A DNA stretch of 64,000 nucleotides from Rhizobium sp. Q54 (GTDB taxonomy: Bacteria > Pseudomonadota > Alphaproteobacteria > UBA2966 > CAIVPW01). How positions within the stretch are numbered: position 1 is the first letter of the stretch; every line of letters starts with the position of its first letter. Shown here piece after piece: positions 51,956 to 62,803 of the stretch. The position numbers were made by a program, and so were the translations under genes. Location: NCBI GenBank assembly GCA_945904955.1, contig CAMDPO010000006.1:6232-70231 (forward strand), written 5' to 3'. The notes beneath the pieces are model-generated. The model was not told the origin of the DNA. It did no database searches and was given only the letters and a program-made list of their open reading frames with translations.

Positions 51956-53022
51956 AGCGCACCGCCCTGGTGCTGCTGTGTGCGGGCCTGGCCGGGTGCG
52001 TGGCGCCGACGGAGACCGCACAGGCCCCCGCCCCGGTAGTCGTAGCGCCTCCCGCACCGCCGGCGCCTCCCGCCGAGGTCGTCGCGCCACCGCCGGCGCC
52101 GGTCGTCGAGCAGGCGCGATCGCCCGAGGTGATGCCGGCGCTGCCGCCCGCCCCGGTCGCCGTGGTCGATGCCGATCCGCAGCCGCCGGCAGCACGCTAT
52201 CCGCTGCCGACGCCGCTCGCCACGACCCAGACCAACATGCCGCTCGACGCGGTGCGCGTCGCCGCGGCCATCATCGACCGGCTGAGCGGCGGCACCGGGC
52301 TCGCGGCCGGCGTCTTGTTCAACGAAGAGGCCGGCGCCAAGGTCGATGCATCGCGCAGCGCCCTGCCCGGCCTCGACTGGCGCGATTCGAAACTCCTGCA
52401 GTACGCGCCCGTCGAGTACACGCCCCGTGTCACGCCGCAGGGCCGCGTGGCCGCGGGGCAACTTGAGTTCGCCGATGAACTCGATCGCCGCGCAACCATC
52501 CTATTCTCGGTTGAGTATTCCCTGGCCGACGAGCCGATCGCCGTCCTCAACATCGAGATCGCGCCGATCTTCGCCTTCGACCCTGAGGTCGCGCTGTTCG
52601 TCGTCGATGCCGCCGACGTGCCAGACGCGGCAGGCATCGTCACAGCCACCCATGCCGGCCTGTTGCGCCTTGCCCTGGACAAGGGCGTGCGTTGGCGCAC
52701 GGCGCCGCCGCTGGACGGCACGGGCGAATGGATGATCTTCGCCTTCTTGATGGAACGCGTGTCGCCATCGTCGCGCCTACGCCTGGGCGTCACCGACCAG
52801 CCGCAAACCGCCGCGCTGTACGACGGGACCGCGCGCATTCTCGATGACGGTGGTTGGCGCGTCGCGGTGATGCCGGGACGCTTCTCGCTCTACGACGCCG
52901 GCTTGTGGGCGCGCGCGGAGTTTGCACCGGGGGCAGAGACGGACCCCGAGGATCGCCGCCTGCGCACTATCGGCCTGTTTCCGCTGAGTGTGACGACGGC
53001 GCGCGCCGACGCCGGACGCTAG
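51952..53022 (+). CDS. Lipoprotein of unknown function (paralogue of the preceding gene's C-terminal domain)
   Basis: GTG start in a GTGA overlap with the upstream stop. Lipobox VLLCAGLAGC, a ~70-aa Pro/Ala linker, then a ~270-aa domain alignable by eye with residues ~350-530 of the upstream protein. Confidence 0.75.
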   Translation: MKRTALVLLCAGLAGCVAPTETAQAPAPVVVAPPAPPAPPAEVVAPPPAPVVEQARSPEVMPALPPAPVAVVDADPQPPAARYPLPTPLATTQTNMPLDAVRVAAAIIDRLSGGTGLAAGVLFNEEAGAKVDASRSALPGLDWRDSKLLQYAPVEYTPRVTPQGRVAAGQLEFADELDRRATILFSVEYSLADEPIAVLNIEIAPIFAFDPEVALFVVDAADVPDAAGIVTATHAGLLRLALDKGVRWRTAPPLDGTGEWMIFAFLMERVSPSSRLRLGVTDQPQTAALYDGTARILDDGGWRVAVMPGRFSLYDAGLWARAEFAPGAETDPEDRRLRTIGLFPLSVTTARADAGR

Positions 53023-53028
53023 TCAGCG

Positions 53029-53991
53029 CTAGGCCAGCCCGACCTTCCCCATGTCGAGGAACTTCTTGCGCCGCAGGGCGCGGAAGTCGGCGTCGCCCAA
53101 ATCATCGAGATCGTCGAACGCGGTGGCGATCGCGGCGCCGACGCGCTTCACCATTTCCTGCGGGTGACGTTGGGCGCCGCCGGTCGGCTCGGAGATGATC
53201 TGGTCGATGACGCGCAGCTTGTAGAGATCCTGGGCGGTGAGCTTGAGCGCCTCGGCGGCATCCTTCGCCTTGTCGGAGGAGCGCCACAGAATCGCGGCGC
53301 AGCCTTCGGGCGAGATCACCGAGTAGATCGAGTGCTCGAGCATCATCACCTTGTTGCCGACCGCGAGCGCAACCGCGCCGCCCGATCCACCTTCGCCCAG
53401 GATGACGCTGACCACCGGCACGCGCACGTCGAGGCCGACCTCGATCGTACGGGCGATCGCCTCGGCCTGGCCGCGCTGCTCGGCACCGACGCCCGGATAG
53501 GCGCCCTGGGTGTCGACGAGGGTCAGGATCGGCAGGCTGAAGCGATCGGCCATCTGCATGAGCCGCGTCGCCTTCCGATACCCCTCGGGGTGCGCCATGC
53601 CGAAATTGTGGGCGATGCGGCCGTCGGTGCCGATGCCCTTCTCGTGCCCGATGATCATGACCGAGCGGCCGCGGAAGCGGCCGGGGCCGCCCTGGATGGC
53701 ACGGTCGTCGCCATAGACGCGGTCGCCGGCGAGCGGCGAGAAGTCCTCGATGAGGCCGCTGACGTAGTGGGAGAAGTGCGGCCGGTCGAGGTGGCGGGCG
53801 ACGAGAGTCTTCTGCCACGCCGTCAGCGCCGAATAGGTCTCGCTCAGCAGCTGGTCGGCACGGCTCTGCAGCTTGGCGACCTCGGCGGTGATGTCCATCT
53901 CGCCGGAGTCGGACAGATGCCGCAGTTCCTTGATCTTGCCCTCGAGTTCCGCGATCGGCTTCTCGAATTCGAGGAAGGTTTCCATCGCCAT
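53029..53991 (-). CDS. accA: Acetyl-CoA carboxylase carboxyltransferase alpha subunit
   Basis: FLEFEKPIAELEGKIKEL, ARHLDRP, GSGGALA-type GEGGSGGAVALAVGN. Confidence 0.95.
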   Translation of the reverse strand: MAMETFLEFEKPIAELEGKIKELRHLSDSGEMDITAEVAKLQSRADQLLSETYSALTAWQKTLVARHLDRPHFSHYVSGLIEDFSPLAGDRVYGDDRAIQGGPGRFRGRSVMIIGHEKGIGTDGRIAHNFGMAHPEGYRKATRLMQMADRFSLPILTLVDTQGAYPGVGAEQRGQAEAIARTIEVGLDVRVPVVSVILGEGGSGGAVALAVGNKVMMLEHSIYSVISPEGCAAILWRSSDKAKDAAEALKLTAQDLYKLRVIDQIISEPTGGAQRHPQEMVKRVGAAIATAFDDLDDLGDADFRALRRKKFLDMGKVGLA

Positions 53992-54025
53992 CGGCTTCTG
54001 TCCTCCGGGGTGATGTCGCCAGAAC

Positions 54026-55045
54026 TTAGGCGCGCGCGCCCTTGCCGTTGGTCTTCGCCTTGGCCTTGCCGCCGCCGGCGATCAGCTTCGCCTTGGCGAC
54101 CATGACTTCGGCCTGGCGCACCGACGCGGCGTCGATCATACGCCCATCGAGGGTCACTGCGCCGCGTCCCTGCGCCTGGGCCTCCTTCATCGCCACCAGG
54201 ATGCGCTCGGCGCGGTCGACTTCCTTGGCCGGCGGATTGAACGCCTCGTTGGCGAGCTCGATCTGGCTCGGGTGGATCGCCCACTTGCCTTCGCAGCCGA
54301 GCACCGCGGCGCGGCGCGCTTGCGCGAGGTAGCCGTCCTTGTCGCCGATGTCGCCGAACGGCCCGTCGATCGGGCGCAAGCCGTTGGCGCGGGCCGCCAC
54401 CACCATGCGAGCGATGGCGTAGTGCCACATGTCGCCCCAGTGGACTTGGCGGTTGCCGTCGGCGTCTTTGTCGGTGAGCACGACGTAGTCGGGATTGGGT
54501 CCGCCGATGACGGTAGTGCGCGCGTTGGTCGAGGCCGCGTAGTCGGCGACACCGAAGTGCAGCGACTCGTTGCGCGGGCTGGCCGCCGCGATCGCCTCGA
54601 CATTCTGCATGCCCAGCGCCGTCTCGATGATCAGCTCGAAGCCGATCTTCTTCTTGCGGCCCTTCGCCTCTTCGATCTGCGTCACCAGCATATCGACGGC
54701 GTAGACGTCGGACGGCGTGCCGACCTTCGGGATCATGATGAGGTCGATGCGCTCGCCCGCCTGCTCGAGCAGGTCGACCACGTCGCGATACATGTAGTGG
54801 GTATCGAGCCCGTTGATGCGCACCGAGACGACCGACGCACCGAAGTCGTGCTCGTTGAGCGCCTTGATGATGTTGGCGCGCGCCTGGACCTTGTCGTCGG
54901 GCGCAACCGAGTCCTCGAGGTCGAGGAACACGACGTCGGCGCCGCTTTGCGCCGCCTTCTCCATCATCTTTGGCTGCGAGCCGGGCACTGCCAATTCGGA
55001 ACGATTGACGCGCGGCACCGCACGCCGCACCAGCGTGAAGCTCAT
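54026..55045 (-). CDS. mcl: HpcH/HpaI-family lyase, L-malyl-CoA / beta-methylmalyl-CoA lyase-like
   Basis: NRSELAVPGS, VFLDLEDSVAPDDK, VRINGLDTHYMYRDVVDLLEQAG, IMIPKVG and GKWAIHPSQI resemble Mcl1-type enzymes. Lys/Gly/Ala-rich C-terminal tail. Confidence 0.8.
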   Translation of the reverse strand: MSFTLVRRAVPRVNRSELAVPGSQPKMMEKAAQSGADVVFLDLEDSVAPDDKVQARANIIKALNEHDFGASVVSVRINGLDTHYMYRDVVDLLEQAGERIDLIMIPKVGTPSDVYAVDMLVTQIEEAKGRKKKIGFELIIETALGMQNVEAIAAASPRNESLHFGVADYAASTNARTTVIGGPNPDYVVLTDKDADGNRQVHWGDMWHYAIARMVVAARANGLRPIDGPFGDIGDKDGYLAQARRAAVLGCEGKWAIHPSQIELANEAFNPPAKEVDRAERILVAMKEAQAQGRGAVTLDGRMIDAASVRQAEVMVAKAKLIAGGGKAKAKTNGKGARA

Positions 55046-55078
55046 GAACTAAGGCCCCCTGTCAGAATGGGGCGCACC

Positions 55079-55998
<920 letters not shown>

Positions 55999-56002
<4 letters not shown>

Positions 56003-57843
56003 ATGCCGTGACCCAGCGCCGCCTCCACCGCAAGCGCGCGGGCTTCCTTCTCCAGTCCGATGCCGCGCAACGCGCGGATGGCCTGGGTGAGGGCGGCAGC
56101 ATCGGCTCCGTCGGGGCCAACGTCGCCCAGCATGAGGAGGGCGAGCAGCACGGTCTCCCCGACGCGCTTCTCGGCCGAAGCGGCGGCCAGCGAGTTGGAC
56201 AGGGCCGGCGCCGGCACGAAGCCGCTCTTCAGCAGCGGGCCGCCGAGCAGCAACGACTGCCACGCCTCGTTGGGGACCGGGGCGTCGAGGGCGGCGAACA
56301 GCGTGTAGAGCAGCGCGCGGCTGTCCGCCTCGGGGCCCTCAGGCGCGCGCGGCAGCTCGCGCCACCAGGTCTCAGTACGCGAGGCAGAGCGCTGGCGGGC
56401 ACCAATCGGGTCGGCGAGCTGGAGCAACGGCCAGAGCTGTGCGGAGATGTTGATGGCGCGGGTGTTGGCACCCTGTGGCGTCATGGTGCCGGCTTCGCGC
56501 GCCGCGAGCTCCAGCCACGACCACGCCAGCGGCACGTCGCCGGCCGCAAGCGCGGCGCGCGCCGCATTCGGGGCGAAGGTCAGCAGGTCAGGGGCAGGCG
56601 TGATCTGACGCAGCGATGCGAGATTGACCCGCGCCGACGTGCCAAACGCGCCGTCGGCTTTGGCCGCCTGCCACGCCGCCTGCAGCGCCGCAGCGCGTTG
56701 GGCCGGGTCCGTCCAAATCCGCCCGGCCTGATAGAGCAGGGCGTTCGTGCGCGGGCCCTTCTCGCGTGCCGCGGTATCCAGCGCCTGCTGAATCTGCGGT
56801 CCTGTGTAAGAGACCGCCGAATAGATTTCGGCGAGCGTCGCCGTGTCGAGCGCGCCTGCCGCTTCCGCGCGCTCCGCTGCTTCGATGGCCTCGAGCGGGA
56901 CGGTGGTCGCGTCGGCTTTGGGCGCGGTCGCGATGGCGCGCAGGATGGCAGGCTGCGCTCCGGCCACAGCATCCGGCGGGACCGGTTGATTGGCCGCGCG
57001 CAGCAGTGCGAAATGGAGGGGCGTCGGATCGACGAGCGTGGTGACGGCGGGTCCACCGCCCGGCGCGGGCAGCGCGGCGATCAGGGCGAAGAACGCCTCG
57101 TCGCCGACCTGGCCCTGGTCGCGCAGCAGCGTCGTCGCCAAGGTCACCGCGGCAGCATCGCGCTCGAGCGCGCGGCAGAACGCCAGCGTCTTCAGCCAAT
57201 AGGCATTCGGGTCGCCCTGCATCAGCGCCGGCACCTTCTGGCAGGCGCCGCCGAAGTCGCCGGACAGCAGCATGGCGTCGATGTCGGCGCGGGCGATCGC
57301 CGGGTCGTTCACACGCGCGGCGGCGACGCGCAGCAGCTCATTGACCTCGTCGATGCGTCCGCCGGCCATGAGGCGCTCGACCCGCAGGCCGAGGAGGGTC
57401 GGCGCGACGGGAGCGCCGGCAGGCACCACGGCTGTCGTCAGCAGGAGACGCCGCGACAGGTCCTGCATAACCGGCGACACCGTGCCCATGGGCAGGCGCG
57501 GCAGCAGCATCTCGACGCGGGCGCGCGGCGTGCCTTGCCACATCGCCGTGCCGAGGCCGCCGTGCGGATCGTCGAGCAGCCCGACGACCGAAGGATCGAC
57601 CTCGTTGAGGACGCCCACCTCGATCGGCGCATCGGAGAGGCGCCCCGGTGCGACGGGCTGGCGCGGGCCCTGCAGCGGCGTCGGCCGCGCGGGCTCGAAC
57701 GGCACGTCAGGATTGCCGGGCGTAACGACGAGCGGCTGTGGCGCATCCTGCGCCCAGGCGGGTGGCAGCAGGGCGCCCGCCGTCAAGAAGGCGGCGGCAC
57801 GGAGGGACTGTCTAAGGCGCGCGTGCATAGGGGTTCGGCGCAA
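55999..57843 (-). CDS. Periplasmic all-alpha repeat protein of unknown function
   Basis: Signal ...RLRQSLRAAAFLTAGALLPPAWAQ. ~590 aa, Ala/Leu-rich and helical, no catalytic motif recognised. Start at 57843 or 57828. Confidence 0.75.
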
Positions 57844-57850
57844 CGACGCG

Positions 57851-58123
57851 CTACTTCGGGAAGCGGTCGTTGGGCAGCACCTGCTCGATGCGCTGCGAGG
57901 GCGCCGGGATGTCCCACATGGCGAGGAAAAGCGCGCCGGCCACGATGGCGATCAGGATCACTGCCAGTAACGCGCCAAGGAGGCGCGAGCCGGAGCCGCG
58001 ATCGGATCGCGACGGGCGCTGCAGACGGGTTTCGGGCGTGGTGTCCGTCCTTGTTGGGCGCGGGGAGCGCCGGTTGGCGTCGTGTTGCCAAAGCAACGGC
58101 CGGGGTCGCGCTACCGACGCCAC
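57851..58123 (-). CDS. Small single-pass membrane protein (start uncertain)
   Basis: TM helix LLGALLAVILIAIVAGALFLAMW followed by DIPAPSQRIEQVLPNDRF. The N-terminal Arg/Pro-rich part may not be translated. Confidence 0.55.
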   Translation of the reverse strand: MASVARPRPLLWQHDANRRSPRPTRTDTTPETRLQRPSRSDRGSGSRLLGALLAVILIAIVAGALFLAMWDIPAPSQRIEQVLPNDRFPK

Positions 58124-58275
58124 TCCAGCGTGTGATATGAGGATAGACTAAGGAATATGGCGAAGATGCGACAGTCCTTCGACGGCACCGCGCCGGGACC
58201 GCGGCCGAGCCGTCGCCTCCGCGCGTCGTGCCGTCGGGCACGCTACCGCGCGACGCGCCGCCAACAGCCCAACCG

Positions 58276-58830
58276 ATGAACATGAGTCAGGGCGCGGCAG
58301 TCCAGCGCACCGTCGTGCTGGTCGGCCTGATGGGTGCCGGCAAGACGAGCATTGGCCGCCGCTTGGCCACACGGCTTGGCTTGCCCTTCGTCGACGCCGA
58401 CGCCGAGATTGAGGCGGCGGCGGGCGAGTCGATCTCCGACATCTTCGCGCGCCATGGCGAACAGGCCTTCCGGGACGGCGAGCGGCGCGTCATCGCGCGG
58501 CTGCTGGAGAGGCCACCCCACGTCCTGGCCACCGGCGGCGGCGCCTTTCTCGACCCGGAGACCCGCGCCAAGATCAGCACTTCGGGCACCTCGGTGTGGC
58601 TGCGCGCCAGCATCGAGACGCTCGTGCGGCGCCTCGAGAAGAGTCGCACCCAGCGCCCGCTGTTGGCGTCGGGCGACCTGCGCGAGCGCGTCAACCAGCT
58701 GATGGAAGAGCGCTACCCGACGTATGCTCAGGCGGACATCGTCATCGATACCGGCGAAGGACCGCATGAGCCGGTCGTCGAGGCGATCCTGACCGCCTTG
58801 AAAGACACGCCCCGCCAGGCGCGCGCTTAG
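58276..58830 (+). CDS. aroK: Shikimate kinase
   Basis: Start [31 protein letters not shown] (P-loop), DADAEIE, GGGAF. Confidence 0.9.
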   Translation: MNMSQGAAVQRTVVLVGLMGAGKTSIGRRLATRLGLPFVDADAEIEAAAGESISDIFARHGEQAFRDGERRVIARLLERPPHVLATGGGAFLDPETRAKISTSGTSVWLRASIETLVRRLEKSRTQRPLLASGDLRERVNQLMEERYPTYAQADIVIDTGEGPHEPVVEAILTALKDTPRQARA

Positions 58831-58844
58831 AGACACGTGCAGCG

Positions 58845-59963
58845 ATGAGTGTTTTCGGATCCGTGCGGCTGGGGTTGGGTGAGCGTGGCTACGACGTCGT
58901 CGTCGGCCGCGACCTGTTGGCGGAGGCCGACAAGCATGTCGGCCCGCTCCTGGCGCGCCCCCAGGTGGCCGTCGTCACTGACGCCAACGTCGAGAAGCTG
59001 CATCTTGCCACCCTGACCGCGGCGCTGGCGCGGGGCGGCATCCGCGCGCACACCATCGTCCTGCCGGCCGGCGAGGAGACCAAGAGCTTCGCGCAGCTGG
59101 AGAAGCTGCTCGACAAGCTGCTCGAGGCGCGCATCGAGCGCAGCGATACGATCCTTGCCCTCGGCGGCGGCGTCATTGGCGACATCACCGGGTTCGCCGC
59201 TGCGACGTTGCGGCGCGGCACGCCCGTCATCCAAGTGCCGACGACCTTGCTGGCCCAAGTCGACGCGGCCATCGGCGGCAAGACCGGCATCGACACGCGC
59301 CACGGCAAGAACCTGGTCGGCGCCTTCCATCAGCCGCGCCTGGTGCTCTCCGACGTCGGCGTCCTCGACACCCTGCCGCGCCGCGAGCTGCTCGCCGGCT
59401 ACGCGGAGGTGGTGAAGTATGGCCTGCTCGGCGACGCGCGCTTCTTTAGCTGGCTCGAACAGAACGGCCGCCAGGTCATCACCGGCGACGTCGCGGCGCG
59501 CAACTACGCCGTGCTGACCAGCGCGCGCATGAAGGTCGAGATCGTTCAGGGCGACGAGCGCGAGTCGGGTGCGCGCGCCCTGCTCAACTTGGGCCATACC
59601 TTCGCGCATGCGCTGGAGACGGAGCTTGGCTACGACGGACGCCTGCTGCACGGCGAAGCCGTGGCGGCCGGGCTGGTGCTGGCCTTCGAGCTGTCGCAGC
59701 GCCTCGGCCTGGTGAAGGCGGCGGATAGCGCCCGCGTCCGCCGGCACCTGACGCAGATCGGGCTGCCCGCGGGACTGCCGGCAGCGGCGCCGGCGAGCGG
59801 CTGGGATCCGCGCCGCCTGCTGGAGCACATGCGCCAGGACAAGAAGGTCAAGGCGGGCGCACTCACCTTTATCTTGGTGAAGGCGATCGGCAACGCCTAC
59901 GTCAGCCGCGACGTGTCTGAGGCGGACGTCCTGGGAGTGCTCGACGCCGAGCTCGCTGCCTAG
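58845..59963 (+). CDS. aroB: 3-dehydroquinate synthase
   Basis: GGGVIGDITGFAAAT, PTTLLAQVDAAIGGKTGI, LNLGHTFAHALE, HGEAVAAG. Confidence 0.95.
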   Translation: MSVFGSVRLGLGERGYDVVVGRDLLAEADKHVGPLLARPQVAVVTDANVEKLHLATLTAALARGGIRAHTIVLPAGEETKSFAQLEKLLDKLLEARIERSDTILALGGGVIGDITGFAAATLRRGTPVIQVPTTLLAQVDAAIGGKTGIDTRHGKNLVGAFHQPRLVLSDVGVLDTLPRRELLAGYAEVVKYGLLGDARFFSWLEQNGRQVITGDVAARNYAVLTSARMKVEIVQGDERESGARALLNLGHTFAHALETELGYDGRLLHGEAVAAGLVLAFELSQRLGLVKAADSARVRRHLTQIGLPAGLPAAAPASGWDPRRLLEHMRQDKKVKAGALTFILVKAIGNAYVSRDVSEADVLGVLDAELAA

Positions 59964-59978
59964 CTCCGCTCACCTCCC

Positions 59979-61259
59979 ATGCACACCGCCCTCATCCTCT
60001 CGCTTGTCGCGATCTTCTTCTTGTTGGTGATCGGCGCGTTCTTCTCTGCGTCCGAGACCGCGCTGACCACCGCGAGCCGCGCCCGCCTCCATCATCTGGA
60101 GCGCAAGGGCAGCAAGCGCGCCGGCATCGTCGCAAAACTCAACGCACGGCGCGAGCGCCTGCTCGGCACGGTCCTGATCGGCAACAATGTCGTCAACATC
60201 CTGAGCTCGGCGCTGGCGACCAGTGCGCTGATCGGATTGTTCGGCAACGCGGGCGTCGCCTACGCGACGGCCATCATGACGGTGCTCGTCTTGGTGTTCG
60301 CCGAGATCCTGCCGAAGACCTACGCGCTCCTGCACGCGGAGCGTGTCGCGTTGGCGCTGGCGCCAACCCTGCGCAGCATCGTCGCTGTGGTGGGGCCGCT
60401 GAGCAGTGCGGTGGACGCACTCGTCGCCTTCATCCTACGCACGTTGCGCGTGCGCTCGCCCCAGGGTGCGGTCATCGCCCAAGAAGAGATCCGCGGCGCC
60501 ATCGACCTCTATGGCCTGCAGGCAGGCGGGCGTGGCGAGCGCCAGATGCTCGGCGGCATTCTCGATCTCGCCCACGTCGACGTCTCCGAGATCATGATCC
60601 ATCGCAAGAACATGTTCGTGCTCGACGCCGGCTTGCCGCCCGATAAGTTGCTGGAGGGCGTGCTGGACGGACAGTTCACGCGCGTGCCGCTCTACCGCGA
60701 CAACCAGGACAACATTGTCGGCATCCTGCATGTCAAGGACGTGCTGCAGGCGGTCACCTCGCACAAGGAAGACATCGCCAAGCTCGACATCGTCGCGCTG
60801 GCCAAGGAGCCGTGGTTCGTGCCGAGCACGACCAACCTGCGCGAGCAGCTCACGGCCTTCCGGCGGCGCAAGTCGCACTTCGCCATGGTGGTGGACGAGT
60901 ATGGCGCGCTGATGGGCCTCGTCACCCTCGAGGACATCCTGGAGGAGATCGTCGGCGACATCTCCGACGAGTTCGACGTGGCGGCGGCGGGCATCCGGCC
61001 GCAGTCGGACGGCAGCTATATCGTCGAGGGCGGCACCACGATCCGCGACCTCAACCGGCGCTTCGAGTGGAACCTGCCCGACGACGAGGCGACCACCATC
61101 GCGGGCCTCGTGCTGCACGAGGCGCGCATGATCCCCGAGACGGGCCAAGTTTTCACCTTCCATCGCTATCGGTTCGAGGTGCTACGCCGGCTGCGCAACC
61201 AGATCACCTTGCTGCGTATCACCCCGCCCAAGCGCGAAGCGTCCCCGACGTCCGCCTGA
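59979..61259 (+). CDS. CNNM/HlyC-CorC family transporter (DUF21 - CBS pair - CorC_HlyC)
   Basis: N-terminal 4-TM DUF21 (FFSASETAL...LIGNNVVNI), a CBS pair, and the C-terminal transporter-associated domain. Confidence 0.9.
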   Translation: MHTALILSLVAIFFLLVIGAFFSASETALTTASRARLHHLERKGSKRAGIVAKLNARRERLLGTVLIGNNVVNILSSALATSALIGLFGNAGVAYATAIMTVLVLVFAEILPKTYALLHAERVALALAPTLRSIVAVVGPLSSAVDALVAFILRTLRVRSPQGAVIAQEEIRGAIDLYGLQAGGRGERQMLGGILDLAHVDVSEIMIHRKNMFVLDAGLPPDKLLEGVLDGQFTRVPLYRDNQDNIVGILHVKDVLQAVTSHKEDIAKLDIVALAKEPWFVPSTTNLREQLTAFRRRKSHFAMVVDEYGALMGLVTLEDILEEIVGDISDEFDVAAAGIRPQSDGSYIVEGGTTIRDLNRRFEWNLPDDEATTIAGLVLHEARMIPETGQVFTFHRYRFEVLRRLRNQITLLRITPPKREASPTSA

Positions 61260-61266
61260 CCCGGCC

Positions 61267-62136
61267 ATGATCGACGTCATCCTCGGCGTGATGGCGCCGG
61301 TGGCGCTGATCATCGCCGTCGGCGCCCTGTGGGACCGCCTACGCCAGCCCTTCGACGCGGCCTTCGTCGGCAGCCTCGTCTACTACATCGGCGGGCCGTG
61401 CCTGACGTACGCGACGTTGGTGGACTACCAGTTCACCGCGAGCGTACAGCGCCTCGCGCTGGCGGCGGTCGCTGCCCTGGTGTTCTTCGGGGTGGCCGGC
61501 GCGATCGCGTTGCGGCTGCTGCGCCTCGACCAGCGCAGCTATCTCAACTCGATCCTGTTCCCGAACCTCGGCAACATGGGGCTGCCGGTGGCGCTGTTCG
61601 CCTTTGGTGAGCCGGGACTGGCCCTGGCGGTCGTGGTGTTCACCATCGGCTCGGTGGCGCACTCCTCGGTCGGCATCTGGATCGCCTCCGGGCGGCTGGC
61701 GCCGACCGAGCTACTCAAGGCGCCCCTGCTCTATGCGACGCTGCTGGCGCTGCTCGGCCAGGGCGGCCTTGAGCCGCCGCTGTTCGTTTTGCGCGCGGTC
61801 GAGATCCTGGGCGGCGTGACCATCCCGCTAATGCTGTTGTCCCTCGGCGTGTCGCTGTCGCGATTGAAGATCAGCAACACCCAGCGCGCGATGACGCTGG
61901 CGGGGCTGCGTCTGGGAATCGGATTGGTCGGCGGGCTGTTCGTCGCTTGGGCGTTCGCCCTGCCGCCGCTCGAGCGCGGCGTGTTGGTGATGGGCGCCGT
62001 GATGCCGGCGGCCGTCTTCAACTACCTGTTGGCGGAGAGGTTCAAGACCGCGCCGGAGGACGTCGCCGGCGGCGTCGCGCTATCGACGTTGGCCTCGTTC
62101 GTCGTGTTGCCGCTGGTGTTGGCGTTCGCGGTCTGA
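61267..62136 (+). CDS. AEC (auxin efflux carrier) family transporter
   Basis: 289 aa with ~9-10 hydrophobic helices. MIDVILGVMAPVALIIAVG start and NLGNMGLPV motif. Confidence 0.85.
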   Translation: MIDVILGVMAPVALIIAVGALWDRLRQPFDAAFVGSLVYYIGGPCLTYATLVDYQFTASVQRLALAAVAALVFFGVAGAIALRLLRLDQRSYLNSILFPNLGNMGLPVALFAFGEPGLALAVVVFTIGSVAHSSVGIWIASGRLAPTELLKAPLLYATLLALLGQGGLEPPLFVLRAVEILGGVTIPLMLLSLGVSLSRLKISNTQRAMTLAGLRLGIGLVGGLFVAWAFALPPLERGVLVMGAVMPAAVFNYLLAERFKTAPEDVAGGVALSTLASFVVLPLVLAFAV

Positions 62137-62348
62137 AGCGCGCGGAAGTAGTTCATGATGAACACGCGCAGGTTCGACGTGAAGCCGCCATCGAGCCGCG
62201 TCGTCGCGACGCGGGTGCAGAGCTGATTGAGGGTGGTGTTCTCGCGCCGGCCGATCTCGGCGAGCGCATCCCACATCTCGCGCTCGAGTCGCACACTGGT
62301 GCGCCGGCCGGAGATGCGGATGTTCTTGCTGACCAGAGAACTCGGCAC
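62022..62348 (-). CDS. Ribbon-helix-helix (RHH_4-like) small protein with a long low-complexity tail
   Basis: KNIRISGRRTSVRLEREMWDALAEIGRRENTTLNQLC...SNLRVFIMNYFR is an RHH-type core. The last ~38 codons overlap the convergent AEC gene. Confidence 0.7.
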   Translation of the reverse strand: MPSSLVSKNIRISGRRTSVRLEREMWDALAEIGRRENTTLNQLCTRVATTRLDGGFTSNLRVFIMNYFRALQTANANTSGNTTNEANVDSATPPATSSGAVLNLSANR

Positions 62349-62426
62349 GCATTCCCCCTCTCACGCGGACGTGACCGTACCACACCCGGAATACTGGTGC
62401 TATCGCCGGTTGTGGCGCGAGCGAGA

Positions 62427-62714
62427 CTAAGACTCTCCCGGCGCGAGCAAGCGCAGCGCCAACGCGTGGACACCACCTTCCAGTTCGGTTGCAAGCGCGC
62501 GATGCACGCGGCGGTGCCGCTCGGTGCGCGACACACCCGCAAATGCAGCCGCCACGATCTCGACGCGGAAGTGACTCTCGCCGCCGGGACGCGCGCCCGA
62601 GTGACCCTCGTGGCGATGCGATTCATCGATAACGGTCAAACGGTCCGGAGCGAACTGCTCGCGCAATTTGCTCTCGATCGCGGAGTGGATGGGACCTGGC
62701 TGTGCGGCGGACAT
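62427..62714 (-). CDS. bolA: BolA family protein
   Basis: Start MSAAQPGPIHSAIESKL at 62714. DESHRHEGH...SHFRVEIVAAAFAGVSRTERHRRVH. Confidence 0.85.
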   Translation of the reverse strand: MSAAQPGPIHSAIESKLREQFAPDRLTVIDESHRHEGHSGARPGGESHFRVEIVAAAFAGVSRTERHRRVHRALATELEGGVHALALRLLAPGES

Positions 62715-62803
62715 GGCCGAAAGCTGGGGCGGCGCGGGCGGCGCGTCAAGCGCGCGTCGTGCCACAGGCGCGCGTCCCGCGCGACGATGCTACCTTCCCC
62801 GCC

